Notes: a model not told the origin generated them from the letters alone. Shown: positions 1 to 13,792, counted from the first letter of the whole stretch. The stretch: DNA of 63,829 nucleotides, filler included, from Octopus bimaculoides (GCF_001194135.2; 8 parts of 8 records of this genome joined end to end with filler, not necessarily neighbours in it), one strand, 5' to 3'. Translations and numbers: made by a program.

Positions 1-90
1 ATATATATATATATATATATATATATATACGACGGGCTTCTTTCATTTTCCGTCTACCAAATCCACTCACAAGGCTTTAGTTGGCCCGAG

Positions 91-1236
91 AAGGAATCCG
101 GAACTGCCAGCGCTCGCGTGTTATAACTACCCGCTGTGGCGCCTGATTTCTCATAAATGTTCTCACTATTCTGCGTGTGACAAATATAAATGCATAGAAA
201 TAGCTGATGGGAACTAGCTCCTTGACTGGAAACTTTGAGGATCCAAGAACTCCTCTTGAAATCAATATCGACTTCAACTTTGAAGTGCGCACTCCACATG
301 TACGTAGAGAGTATGATTGTTTCAGCACTTTCACCTTTGAATCTGCAGGACCTAAAATTTTGCAATGATTAAACACGAGTATTTTGTCCACCCATTGATT
401 TTCAGCGTGCAGATCATCTTACAATATGTTTTAATCTTCTTATCCTTTGATAAACATTTTGAAATATGATGCCATCACCGAATATTTTGTTTTATTTTAC
501 TTTGCTTGATAATATATCTGATGTCGTGTAAATAGATAGTGAAAATATGTGGCTTCAATACAGACCCTTGTTGATAACTGCAAAGATTGAGCGGCTTAAA
601 TAAATCACAATATGTTGAGTTGTTTTCTCTAGGGATAAACACGGACACAAGAACTGGAATACATACACACACACATATAACATGTTTTATATAAATGAAC
701 AAGCTCTTTGTACATTCACAAAATTGTATTTCATAAGTTCTGGAGAGGAATGAAAGCGCTAATAATAATGAAGAAATTAAAGGATTTTCTCCCAAAATTC
801 TGAGGACAATTTGTCTCAATATTCAGTTCTGTACATCACACCTAACACTCTATACATACATACACATATAATACACACACACACACATATATACACACAC
901 ACACACACACACATACACACACACACACACACACAGACACACACACATATATATATAGAACGGAGAGCCCTTAATTTTGATGACGCCGAACAGAAAATAA
1001 CAGAATATAAATGGCTTATACGCCTCCTCAACGGATATATAACTATGTATATAGTTATATGTGTAAATCAATACATGTAGATTTGTCAACAGGACTGACG
1101 TTTACCTCGGAGAGAGAAAATAAAAAGAAAGATAGACTGACAAATCTGTAAATACTATCTACAGAGACAAGAATATATAAGATACTTACTAAATCGGCAA
1201 AGTATTGTAACTGCGAAAGGTTTAGTTCGTTGTAAC
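91..1236 (-). pseudogene. LRR-coding relic A, directly downstream of GPCR unit 1 and running off the window start
   Basis: LTNLHVLIYTYNYI, TELNIETN...SF and AFIPLQNL motifs across frameshifts. 91-620 is DNA-homologous to 4290-4760. Confidence 0.6.
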
Positions 1237-2133
1237 CTGCAACGAATACAATGTATTCCACTTCACTGTAGTTTGTTTCCAACAGAATTCTTTAAATTTG
1301 TTGCGAAATGATTTGCTTACCGCAACATACAAAATAAAGTTGAAAACATTATTGAGACATGCTAACATATCTAAAAACATGTATATTATCATATTACGTT
1401 GGTTTTGGAGTGCCATTACAAAGTAACAAATAGATGTAGGAAAGGTTGTTAGTAGAAAGAATGAGTTTAGAGCAATGACGACATAGATGGTATTTTTTGA
1501 CTGCTCTGTGGCATTCCGTTGAACATGCTGACCGAGGTGTGGTCGATGGAGTATTTTATACACCAGTAAAAGAGAGCTGATTATTAAAATTATAGCTGGA
1601 ATGAATGAATAAAAGAAGAATGCTGCATAGAAGCTGTACACTTTATTTTTTAAAACTACTGTCAGTATAACGTACCTAGCAACAACACACACAAGAAGCA
1701 AAGTCAGTACAAGGTATGGCTTATAGCGTTGTGAAGAATGAAACATGGAAAATGGGTGAGAAATAGCCAATAGGCGTTCAATAGATATGGTAACTGTTAT
1801 GGAAGACGAATATATAAAAGTACAAATCGTGATGACCCTATATATGTCACTACTGAAAATACCTTCATGTGCCGTGGTAGATTGGAATGTAGATGATAGT
1901 CATATGATTCTTGGATAATATAACCATAAGGCAATGAGATCTACAATGGCCAAACAATGGAGATAAAGAACAATTTTAGTCTGACGCATTTTCTTCATGA
2001 AAAATAATGCAATGACTGCTAAATTCCCGATAGATCCAAATATCAGTAAAAGAATACTACTATATCGTATAAATCTAATAGCATGTATATTTGTATAGTT
2101 TTCTGTGTTGCTACTGTTGTTCATTGTGTCCAT
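1222..2133 (-). pseudogene. Unit 1 rhodopsin-class (peptide-receptor-like) 7TM GPCR with single-exon CDS and one in-frame TGA
   Basis: ORFs 1900..2133 and 1222..1770 are in the same frame, separated only by TGA at 1900-1902. TM1 FGSIGN, TM2 LAIVD, TM3 SIERLLAI, TM6 FLLTTFP, TM7 NNVFNFILY. Confidence 0.85.
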
Positions 2134-3397
2134 TTCCGTTTGATAATATTTTCTTCCACTTCATCGACAGGTCAGGCACACGTAGAGCAGGAATAAATAA
2201 ATGCAACCAAATCCTCTTATAAAATGTATTTCAAAATTTGCCTGGAAATACTATGTCTTGTTTAATATCTGTTTGAATCGTTTATCTCGAATCCGTGATA
2301 AGCTCGTCCAAATGAGTATGTTTATATAATATGAAATATATATAGAGAGAGTTAGATGAATAGTCATGTATGTGTGTATATATATATCAAAATGTACCCA
2401 TATGTGGAATCGTTGTCGATTTTTTTTTCCTTCCAGCTTCCTTTTCTCTTGGTCTTTCCTCTGTCTCCTGTTTCTGAAGAAGACCTTTGTTCGAAACGTA
2501 AAACCACCTTTCTGTCCTTCTCTGAGCGTCTGTGAATACTTTACATGTTACACGTCCTAGTCTTGTTGTTTTTTGTGTTCTGCGTTTTTTTTTTGGGGGG
2601 GGGGGTATATATATATATATACACACACGTATGTATCAAAGTGTACAAACGCTCGGTGTTTTAACGAGATTAGCTTACTTTTTATTGGTTCACACCTTCT
2701 GTTGTGTATAATTCTGCTATTAAAATGACTCTATCGATCCTGTTGTAGGATTAGTAGGAAAATTATGATGATGGTGATGGTGCACATGATGATAACGGTG
2801 GTGGCGGTAGTGATATGTATTGGGATTGAAGTGAGGTTGACCACTACAATTCCGATCAAAATTGTAACGATGATTATACTCGTTGTTTGATGTGGTTGTT
2901 GTAACCTCTTTATCAATATGCATAGTGCTGTATGACATGAAAGATATAAATGAACCAATATCACTTTAGATTATAAAAATGACTAGAATATTTCCTGCCA
3001 AAGGCTTGGCTATTCTTCATTATCTGTAAAATATCCGGTGTGATTTTACATAAAGTTTGTGCAAGTTTTATCGAAATATGTCTTTGCGTAATGTACTGTT
3101 TTCGAAATAATTATAGTGTATTAAATGTATGTATTGTATATATTAATGGATTAAACTACTCGCGTTGAATCAAAAGCAACGAAGGAGAAGTTCTGAACAA
3201 AGAATTATAATCCATATGATGACTGTAATGGTGGGATTGTCTCTGAAATGATTTTCTAAATCAAGTTTTCGTTTATTAGATAATTCTAATTTTTATAGTT
3301 TCTTGTGGACCAAACCGTGAACGTGCGTTACATAACGCACCAACTGGCATATAGGCATTAGGCAAAAAATAAAAAATATACATATATATGTCAATAT

Positions 3398-3440
<43 letters not shown>

Positions 3441-4208
3441 NNNNNNNNNNNNNNNNNNNNNNNNNNNNNNNNNNNNNNNNNNNNNNNNNNNNNNNNNNNN
3501 NNNNNNNNNNNNNNNNNNNNNNNNNNNNNNNNNNNNNNNNNNNNNNNNNNNNNNNNNNNNNNNNNNNNNNNNNNNNNNNNNNNNNNNNNNNNNNNNNNNN
3601 NNNNNNNNNNNNNNNNNNNNNNNNNNNNNNNNNNNNNNNNNNNNNNNNNNNNNNNNNNNNNNNNNNNNNNNNNNNNNNNNNNNNNNNNNNNNNNNNNNNN
3701 NNNNNNNNNNNNNNNNNNNNNNNNNNNNNNNNNNNNNNNNNNNNNNNNNNNNNNNNNNNNNNNNNNNNNNNNNNNNNNNNNNNNNNNNNNNNNNNNNNNN
3801 NNNNNNNNNNNNNNNNNNNNNNNNNNNNNNNNNNNNNNNNNNNNNNNNNNNNNNNNNNNNNNNNNNNNNNNNNNNNNNNNNNNNNNNNNNNNNNNNNNNN
3901 NNNNNNNNNNNNNNNNNNNNNNNNNNNNNNNNNNNNNNNNNNNNNNNNNNNNNNNNNNNNNNNNNNNNNNNNNNNNNNNNNNNNNNNNNNNNNNNNNNNN
4001 NNNNNNNNNNNNNNNNNNNNNNNNNNNNNNNNNNNNNNNNNNNNNNNNNNNNNNNNNNNNNNNNNNNNNNNNNNNNNNNNNNNNNNNNNNNNNNNNNNNN
4101 NNNNNNNNNNNNNNNNNNNNNNNNNNNNNNNNNNNNNNNNNNNNNNNNNNNNNNNNNNNNNNNNNNNNNNNNNNNNNNNNNNNNNNNNNNNNNNNNNNNN
4201 NNNNNNNN

Positions 4209-4257
<49 letters not shown>

Positions 4258-5522
4258 AAATGATTGTCTCTGTATGTATGGCTGTGCGCGTCTTATAATA
4301 GTCCTCTTTGGTGCCTTAATTCCAATAAAACTCTGCTTGGTATGATGGTTACACTGTACTCTTGGTGTGACCTTAAGAACGAATAGGCATATGTCTCTCT
4401 GGATTGTAAAGTTCTAAGTTTCCAGGAACTCGTCTTGACCTCCATAGCGACTTTAATTTTAATGAGAACTGACCAACTTGGATTTTTGCCAACGATTACT
4501 TCGAATTTATGTATATATACGGAAACCATCGGTTTACTTTCCTGAAAGTTTATTCATCACTTTCTCTTTTCACAATGAATAAATCAAATTTTGAAATGTT
4601 TAGACACATGCTGTATTTTCCCACCTATTGATATTCATCACCTAGATCGGCTCAGAATATTTTTCTCTCTTCTTATCCTTCGATAAAGATTTGAAGCTTG
4701 TTGTCATCCCTGTTCATTTCTGTAGCGGTTGTGTTGGTTAAATAAATCACAATTTTAAAAAATTACTTGGAAGTTCGTAATCTAGTCCAGTAATCTATCA
4801 TGGCTGTAAGTTTCGGATAACGTTAAAAGTAAGGTGTACAACATCAATTAGTCAGCTTGCTCTAAAATCATTGGGAAATTTCGTCAATGTCCTGTAGTTG
4901 AGGATTTCTTATGTAATCCCTACACAACGAATGCCATCCTTGCTGGAATTTACATATTTACTCTCTCCAGAGCCAGTTATTGTTGATGCCTTGAGACATT
5001 CAAACACTTGGTTAGTGAGACGAAAATGGGAATGGTTGGTAATTAACTGCAAGTGGTGTAACTCTATTGGCTCATTGAGATGATTGTAGGATGAGAAATG
5101 TTTAGATATACCGTCTAACAATATTCTGAAGTGGTCGACTTGTTGGGAAGCATTTCGGCGTCAGCATTCTTTCAGGACACTAAACGAGAATTTGTTAGAC
5201 AATCTGTTATAGTCAAATTCCCTGATATTCAGTTTCCCTACAACAGAATGATATTTGCTTTCATGTTTTGCTGTGATGGCGAAAAACTATGGGTGGGTTT
5301 ATATGAAGTCTGTTGTGTTCTCTAATTAGTGGCGGTTAGATTGAGGGAATCACAAAAGGTAACAAAATATTGTTTCTGCAGGATCTCTGGCATTACGTTA
5401 GCATCATGTTGAAGAATAATTTTAGAATATTTTTTTCACACCCAGGAGAGCAAATGAGTTAAACAAGGGCCTATGGCTGTGGACGCATAAATAAAATACT
5501 TTAAGACTATGCTACAACTATT

Positions 5523-5722
5523 CTTTTCTTCTCCAGGTTCAAGGACCGAAAATTCTGGGGAAGGGGATAGTCGATTACATCGACCCAAGTACGCAACTAG
5601 TACTTAACTTATCGGCCCCAAATGAATGAAAGGTAAAGTCGACCTCGGCAGAATTCGAACTCAGAAGGTCATGACAGAACAAACGCCGCAATGCTAACGT
5701 TTCTGCCAGCTCGACGCCTTTG
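5523..5722 (-). mobile_element. tRNA-derived SINE, family 2, with 13-bp TSD
   Basis: aaggcgtcgagctggcagaaacgttagc head; TSD TGCTACAACTATT at 5510-5522 and 5723-5735. Confidence 0.9.
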
Positions 5723-6227
5723 TGCTACAACTATTAACAACCCAGCTTTCCGATCAGACATTTGTTGGTGATCGAATCCCTGGTGTTCTGCACATGATAT
5801 TTTTTTCAACTCACGATTATTTATTACTGATGATCATGGATGCAGTAAATGGCAATATTATAATTCAGTCACCTTTTATTTAGAATGCATGTTTCTTTTT
5901 ATTTAGCTATTTCTCTCTTCCATGCCATATTATATGGTGCTAAGCTACAGTTTGTGGATTTCAGAATGTTTGTAAAAGGCAATTCAGATAACGAAGATTA
6001 AAATCACCTATCATTGATATATGTATATGTACTATGTGCGTGTGTGTGCGCATGTGTCAGTGAGTCTGTGTGTGTGTGCGTGAATGTATGTGTGTGTGTG
6101 TGTCTAAGTGTGTGTGTGTGTGTGTTTGTGTGTGTGTATGTGTGTGTGTGTGTGTGTGTGCTGCCTTGCGTTGTCAATATGAATGACGTTTACTCTTCGG
6201 AGGAAAATTAAAAGGAAAGGTAAATTG

Positions 6228-6727
6228 GGAGTAACTGTGTTGTAAGTAGCTTGCTTACCAACCACATGGTCCCAGGTTCAGTCCCACTGCGTGGCACCTT
6301 GGGCTAGTGTCTTCTACTATAGCCTCAGGCCGACCAAAGACCTGTGAGTGGATTTTGTAGCCGGAAACTGAAAGAAGCCCGTCGTATATATGCATATGTA
6401 TATATAATATATATGTGTGTTTGTGTGTCTGTGTTTGCCNNNNNNNNNNNNNNNNNNNNNNNNNNNNNNNNNNNNNNNNNNNNNNNNNNNNNNNNNNNNN
6501 NNNNNNNNNNNNNNNNNNNNNNNNNNNNNNNNNNNNNNNNNNNNNNNNNACAACCGATGCTGGTGTGTTTACATCGTCGTAAGTTAGCGGTTCGGCAAAA
6601 GAGACCGATAGAATAAGTACTAGGCTTACAAAGAATAAGTCCTGGGGTCGATTTACTCCACTATTAAAACAGTGCTGCAACATGGCCGCAGTCAAATGAC
6701 TGAAACAAGTTAAAGAGTAAAAGAGTA
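6228..6727 (+). mobile_element. tRNA-derived SINE, family 1, inserted in LRR relic B
   Basis: ggtaagtagcttgcttaccaaccacatgg...gaaactgaaagaagcccgtcg...catggccgcagtcaaatgactgaaacaag. Related copies at 28-90, 14110-14645, 14780-14925, 16838-17171, 22450-22500, 30585-30950 and 60860-61200. Confidence 0.85.
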
Positions 6728-6819
6728 TGTAAATATTAATTACAGAGACAAAAAAAGATTTTGGAAGATACTGAATCAAGCAATCACTCAGATAGCGGAG
6801 ATTTACTTCGTCGTAATCT

Positions 6820-7701
6820 GCAACGAATACACCGAACGTTTCGTTCACTGCAGACTCTTTACACAATATTTGTTTCAAATAGTCGTGAAATGTTTTGTTT
6901 ACCGCAGCATACACCATACAGTTGAAAACGTTACTGATACAAACTATCACATCCAAGAATATGTTTATGGTCATACTGCACTGCTTTTTGAATTACAAAA
7001 TAATGAGCAGCAACAGGAAAGGCTGTTAGCAGAAAGAGTGAGCTTATAGCATTGACGATATCAACAGAATATTGTGAATGCTGTGAAGCATTCCATTGAA
7101 AATGCTGACCGAGGTCTGGTCGCTGAATTAAATTATACATCAGCGCAATAGAGCAGATTAATAAAATCACAGCTCCTATGAATAAAAACGTTCCAGTGCA
7201 CTTGCAATACAGTTCATTCTTTAAAACTACTGTAAGTATTGCGTACGTAACAGCAACTGATGCAACAAGCAACAACAGTACAATGTAAGGTTTATAACGT
7301 TGTGAAAAATGGAGTCTGTAAAATGGGCGAGAAATAGTTAATAGATGTTCAATAGATATGGTAACTATTTTCCGTGAAGAATATACAAATAGAGATAAAA
7401 CGAATCCATTACATATTTTATTGTCGAATATACTGAGATATGAATTGTTAGATTAAATATTAGTAGACTGCAATATTAATTTCGGTAAATACATCGAGAT
7501 AGCAATGAAATCCACAACAGCCAAACAATGGAGATATAAAGTAATTTTAGTCTGATGCATTTTCATTTGGTAAAATATTATGACTGTTAAATTCCCGACT
7601 GAGCCAAACGCCAATAACAAAATAGAACCATATCGTATAGTTCTAAGAAAATGTATATTTTTATCGTATATTGCATTGCTACTGTTTTACATTGCGTCGA
7701 C
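6820..7701 (-). pseudogene. Unit 2 GPCR paralog, pseudogene
   Basis: Translates as FGSVGN, LAVVD, SIEHLLTISRP, FLLTAFP, NVFNCMVY. First ATG replaced by GTC; stops at 7687-7689 and 7453-7455; frameshift near 6975 between ORFs 6931..7275 and 6255..6974. Confidence 0.85.
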
Positions 7702-8259
7702 ATCAGTTTTGTTCACATTTTCTTCCAATTAACTGCAGGTCAGATACTTTTGAAACTGGAATGTCTGAGAGTAAATACTTCTTCGCAGAAAACTCCATGT
7801 CTGGTTGTTTAATATCTCTATATTTCTATTTTCTCTAATATGTGTTAAACTCGTTCATATAAATATCTATACAAATATAGACTGACAGATAATTAGTTCG
7901 GCTTGTAAGTATGTGTGCATGTCTATTTATGTAAATGTATGTATGTATGTATGTATGTATGTGTGTGTGTGTATATATATGTATATATATATATATATAT
8001 ATNNNNNNNNNNNNNNNNNNNNNNNNNNNNNNNNNNNNNNNNNNNNNNNNNNNNNNNNNNNNNNNNNNNNNNNNNNNNNNNNNNNNNNNNNNNNNNNNNN
8101 NNNNNNNNNNNNNNNNNNNNNNNNNNNNNNNNNNNNNNNNNNNNNNNNNNNNNNNNNNNNNNNNNNNNNNNNNNNNNNNNNNNNNNNNNNNNNNNNNNNN
8201 NNNNNNNNNNNNNNNNNNNNNNNNNNNNNNNNNNNNNNNNNNNNNNNNNNNNTATATTA

Positions 8260-9040
8260 CATTATATTATATTATATTACATTATATTATTGGAAGAAGG
8301 TAAACTAAGGCAGAACGAGTATCTCAAGTCATTTAGAATAATTTAATTACAATAAGGTGAATTATCCTAATTTCATTGTTCTAAATGACTTGGGATACTC
8401 TTTCAGTCTTGGATTTGATCATTTCTCTAATATAATATCTACCAGATATAACAGTAACACATTACGGATACATTGATCCAGCCTCAGCTGTAATCTTGGA
8501 ACTTAACAATCGACTAACTATAGCACTTAATCGGCGTAATTATTCGTTTATATATATATATATAACAAATAAGTAACAAGGTTGTCAAGGTATTAGTGCA
8601 TTACGGCCGTTTCAGGCGGTTCAATTCAATTTAATTTTAAACTGTTGCTAGTATGAAATAACAACTAGCAAAAAGCCCAATATTATACTGAAGAATCTCT
8701 ACGGGTTTTATATAAAGAAAGATCTGGTATATGCTAGAGGGAGACTCAGATGCTTCCTCTACAGAAACCATGTAAATAGGAGGGCAAAACTTTTAGCCAT
8801 ACATCAGATAGCATCAAAATAACCATCAATGACAGTATGTTACAATGGCCACGTTCTGCAACCTAAATAAGATAGACACTGAGGAACAGACTGTGGCACT
8901 TCATCCTCGGGGAAAGAACTTATGAAACATCACTAAACACAATCGACCAGATCGCTCATCACTTTGAAAGCAAGTATTATATTTTCCTTCAGTCACTTTT
9001 AAAATTAAAAAAAAACAAAAAAAAAACAATAAAATCTGTA
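8260..9040 (-). pseudogene. LRR-coding relic I, downstream of GPCR unit 3
   Basis: ILSLMVILMLSDVWLKVLPSYL (about 8770-8850); MVSVEEA matches ISVEEA of relic A. Confidence 0.5.
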
Positions 9041-9049
9041 TCTGAATAA

Positions 9050-10390
<1,341 letters not shown>

Positions 10391-10618
10391 TTCTGATTCG
10401 TCATATGTTCTTCCAGTTCATCTGCAGGTTAGACACTTTTAAAAGCACAAGTAACAAAGTGTAACAAATTACTATTATAAAATTTATTTTGAATTACGTA
10501 GAAAATTCCATCGCTGCCGCTGAATATCTGTGTATCATTTATCTCTAATCCATGTTATGCTCATCCATATAAATATATCTATAAAAATATAGATGGATCG
10601 ATAGACGGATAGACAGAC

Positions 10619-10658
<40 letters not shown>

Positions 10659-10662
10659 CGAC

Positions 10663-10711
<49 letters not shown>

Positions 10712-10712
<1 letters not shown>

Positions 10713-11010
10713 GTTTCTTTATTAACCACACAGGGCTCAATACAGAGGGGGAGGTTATCCGTGGAAAGAAAAACCTACGAAAAGACCACGGTAACCTCGG
10801 TCTTTAGTGTCACAGTTTGTTAAATAAAATTTCTTTTATTTATGCAAGAAAGTAAGTAACTCTCTGTTTACAAAATTTTAAAACGTTTTATAGAATCATG
10901 GTCAAGGTGGCTTCGTCATTTATACGTGCCATTCTTGCTACATGTATCCATCTTTTTTCGAAACATTTGCTAGAAAACATTTGCCTCTCTACTCTCACCT
11001 TCCTTTTCAN
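10712..11010 (-). mobile_element. LINE 3' end (L1/Tx1-like) with AATAAA and (CTAT)n tail
   Basis: KRWIHVARMARINDEATLTMIL*; near-identical to 39700-39897. Confidence 0.7.
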
Positions 11011-11189
11011 NNNNNNNNNNNNNNNNNNNNNNNNNNNNNNNNNNNNNNNNNNNTTAATTAATTAANNNNNNNNNNNNNNNNNNNNNNNNNNNNNNNNNNN
11101 NNNNNNNNNGAAAAACACGGAGAAAAAAAATTGAATAGTGTTCAGTCAACGGTCAATCATAATAATCAATATATATATATATATATATG

Positions 11190-11345
11190 GGAGAATTTAC
11201 GAAAAAAACAACAACAGACGAGGACAGGTGGTGTAAACAACAAAAGAATGTATTAGTTTAACGTTCGGGAATAGAGAAAGTCTTTAACGTTTCGAGCTAC
11301 GCTCTTCAACAGAAACAAATATGGAGAAAAACACGGAGAAAAAAA
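11190..11345 (+). repeat. Dispersed repeat, possibly Penelope-type terminal repeat; inverse copy at 48300-48525
   Basis: acgtttcgagctacgctcttcaacagaaa matches the reverse complement of ttctgttgaagagcgtaggctcgaaac at about 48395-48420. Confidence 0.5.
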
Positions 11346-11934
11346 ATTTGAATGTCGTGGTCAGTGATCTATCATGTGTGCGTGCGTGTGTGTGTGGATA
11401 TATGTGTATGCATGAGTACGTACATGCACATATTTGTTTGTATGTGTATGTGCATGTACGTGTACATATTTGTGTGAGTGTGTACGTATGTAGAAGTTAT
11501 GAACGCAGGAGGTTTTATGTCTGTGTATGGTGAGACTATGGAATCGTGTATTTTTAATCTTTTATCTTTTTCTTTTTCTCTTTCTCTACATATTAGAGTA
11601 AGTTCCTTTTTATTCAAGTCTTCCATAGCATCTGTTGCCATTAATAGCCGACGAGAATGTATCGTAGCTCTTCGTTCCAACATTTGAAACGTACGTCACT
11701 AAAGCTATGGTCTTTAATTCTTATTTCTAGCAATACTGGTGCTGACTAGCGCCCTTAATCGCTTTGGTGACGTAAATATTATATATGTATATATGCAATA
11801 TACATACATATATTTTTATGTATATATACATAGACATATGCATATATATATACATATATAGTCTATTCAAATAAATAAATAAAACTAACGGACATATCTG
11901 TGTTTGTATGCATATCTACATATATGTGTATGTG

Positions 11935-11982
<48 letters not shown>

Positions 11983-12194
11983 AGAGAACGCATGGCGGAG
12001 TGGATGAGGTGTTGCACACACGATGGCGAGGTATTGGTTCTAATTCCTGGACCGGGTGTTACTCTGGCACTCAACTATGAATCCACTGCATCTATCCTAT
12101 CGCAGAAACAGCGGTAAGCTAATATAGTCAATATGTAAATCGTTTATTTCTTTGTCATCTCATTTTCTTATCTGTACATACATACATACATACA

Positions 12195-12229
<35 letters not shown>

Positions 12230-12240
12230 GCACATAGTAC

Positions 12241-12611
12241 TTTAATAGTTGATACGGAAGATGGAGTGTAACTTGTAGCTTTATTTAGCACAACAATCGT
12301 TTCGGTTGCCTTCTGCATGGCTCCCTAGTGGGTGGGGAACGATGTAATGACATTAAATGCATCGCACAGTGCAGAGAGCCTCATCAGGTGACGCAACGTG
12401 TTTCAAATGTTATAAAATTTACATATTGCTTTCGCTCCAAGTCAGATGCTGCTAGTGTTTTGCTAGTGGTTCATAGACATTGCACTGTGCGATCCATTTT
12501 ATGTGGCTAAATCGTTCTGCACCCACTATGGAGCAGTGCAGAGGGCAGCCGAAACGATCGTTGTGCTAAATAAAGCTTCTAATTACACTCCTTGCGCATC
12601 AATCATTTAAA
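12241..12611. mobile_element. Foldback/MITE-like element with about 100-bp imperfect inverted arms
   Basis: 12263-12343 pairs with 12511-12591. Confidence 0.7.
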
Positions 12612-12960
12612 ACGTATCCAACGTGCACCTCGGAGTTCTTGACGGGGATCCAGCGGCGAAAGCACAGTAATGCGAATGACGCCTGACAGAAGTGTTGAAC
12701 GTGCTCTACAGGTACACTACCTGGGATTTACCCGACACAACGCTTAGATACTGCATTTTAATGTCTCCTTTCTTAACCTTAATCTTTAATTTAACGTATA
12801 TATATNNNNNNNNNNNNNNNNNNNNNNNNNNNNNNNNNNNNNNNNNNNNNNNNNNNNNNNNNNNNNNNNNNNNNNNNNNNNNNNNNNNNNNNNNNNNNNN
12901 NNNNNNNNNNNNNNNNNNNNNNNNNNNNNNNNNNNNNNNNNNNNNNNNNNNNNNNNNNNN

Positions 12961-12996
<36 letters not shown>

Positions 12997-13530
12997 CATG
13001 CATACATACATATTCATGTATATATATTTATTTATATATATATGTGGAGAGAGAGGAGAAGAGGGAGAAAGAGAAAGGTACATAGTGATATAAAGAGACA
13101 TAGAGAAACCGACATAGATGGATATGAATGTGCGCAAAAGTATGTTTGATGTGTGTGTGTGTGTGTGTGTGTATGTGTGTGTGTGTGTAACACGAGAGAT
13201 ACGTAGCTATCATAAACTTAACTCAACACAGAAAATCTTGAAAAATTTCTGCTCCTGCTTCTCGTCCTCTTGGCCCTTATTGTCCGAAGATATTATAGAA
13301 TTATAGTAAATCCTTAGTGAGAATCAAATAGATTTAGGGGTTTATCTTGGCTCCTTAATCTTCGCATCTGTCCATGAATTTCCTGTCAGAATCAGCGCTG
13401 TTCGCAGTTGTGATGGAGACTTTCTTGTGACGGTTCTCTGTGAAGGAATTTTGCCTTATCTTTCGGGGCTGGAATGGCGCTTAAATCTTCTGAGAGATAT
13501 GACAAAAGTCAATAGGTTTATGTATGTATG

Positions 13531-13561
<31 letters not shown>

Positions 13562-13716
13562 GTATGTATGTATGTGTGTGCGTGTGTGAGAGAGAGAGAG
13601 AGCGTATATGTGTGTATGTGTATATATTTACACAAACATACGTGTATGGATTATATTTCTATATAAACATACATATATGTATATATGTATGTACATACAC
13701 ATAAATGTACATATAT

Positions 13717-13792
<76 letters not shown>

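Larger units (their letters stand above)
2731..6817 (-). pseudogene. LRR-coding relic B, directly downstream of GPCR unit 2, ending in a hydrophobic TM-like stretch
   Basis: IQYLPKSFFVSVINIYIL, ELHHLQLITNHSHFRLTNQVFECL (ORF 4909..5121), VVHLTFNVIRNLQP, KLELSNKRKLDLEN and LCKITPDILQIMKN. Interrupted by two SINEs, microsatellites and a gap. Confidence 0.7.

Noticed and set aside
207-368. Plus-strand 53-codon ORF MGTSSLTGNFEDPRT...
   Set aside because: Antisense to relic A; the paralogous segment near 4420 has stops in this frame.
3388-4263. Long ORFs made of X, YI, CV, HT, LSIY or ER runs throughout the ORF track
   Set aside because: Translations of N gaps and microsatellites.
11054-11065. 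TTAATTAATTAA islands centred in N runs (also 17216, 39942, 44410, 51569, 55081, 62669)
   Set aside because: Identical 12-mer with stops in all six frames inside gaps; an assembly join marker, not biology.
13300-13490. Candidate terminal exon on the minus strand (EDLSAIPAP...)
   Set aside because: No recognisable homology; may be another LRR relic piece.
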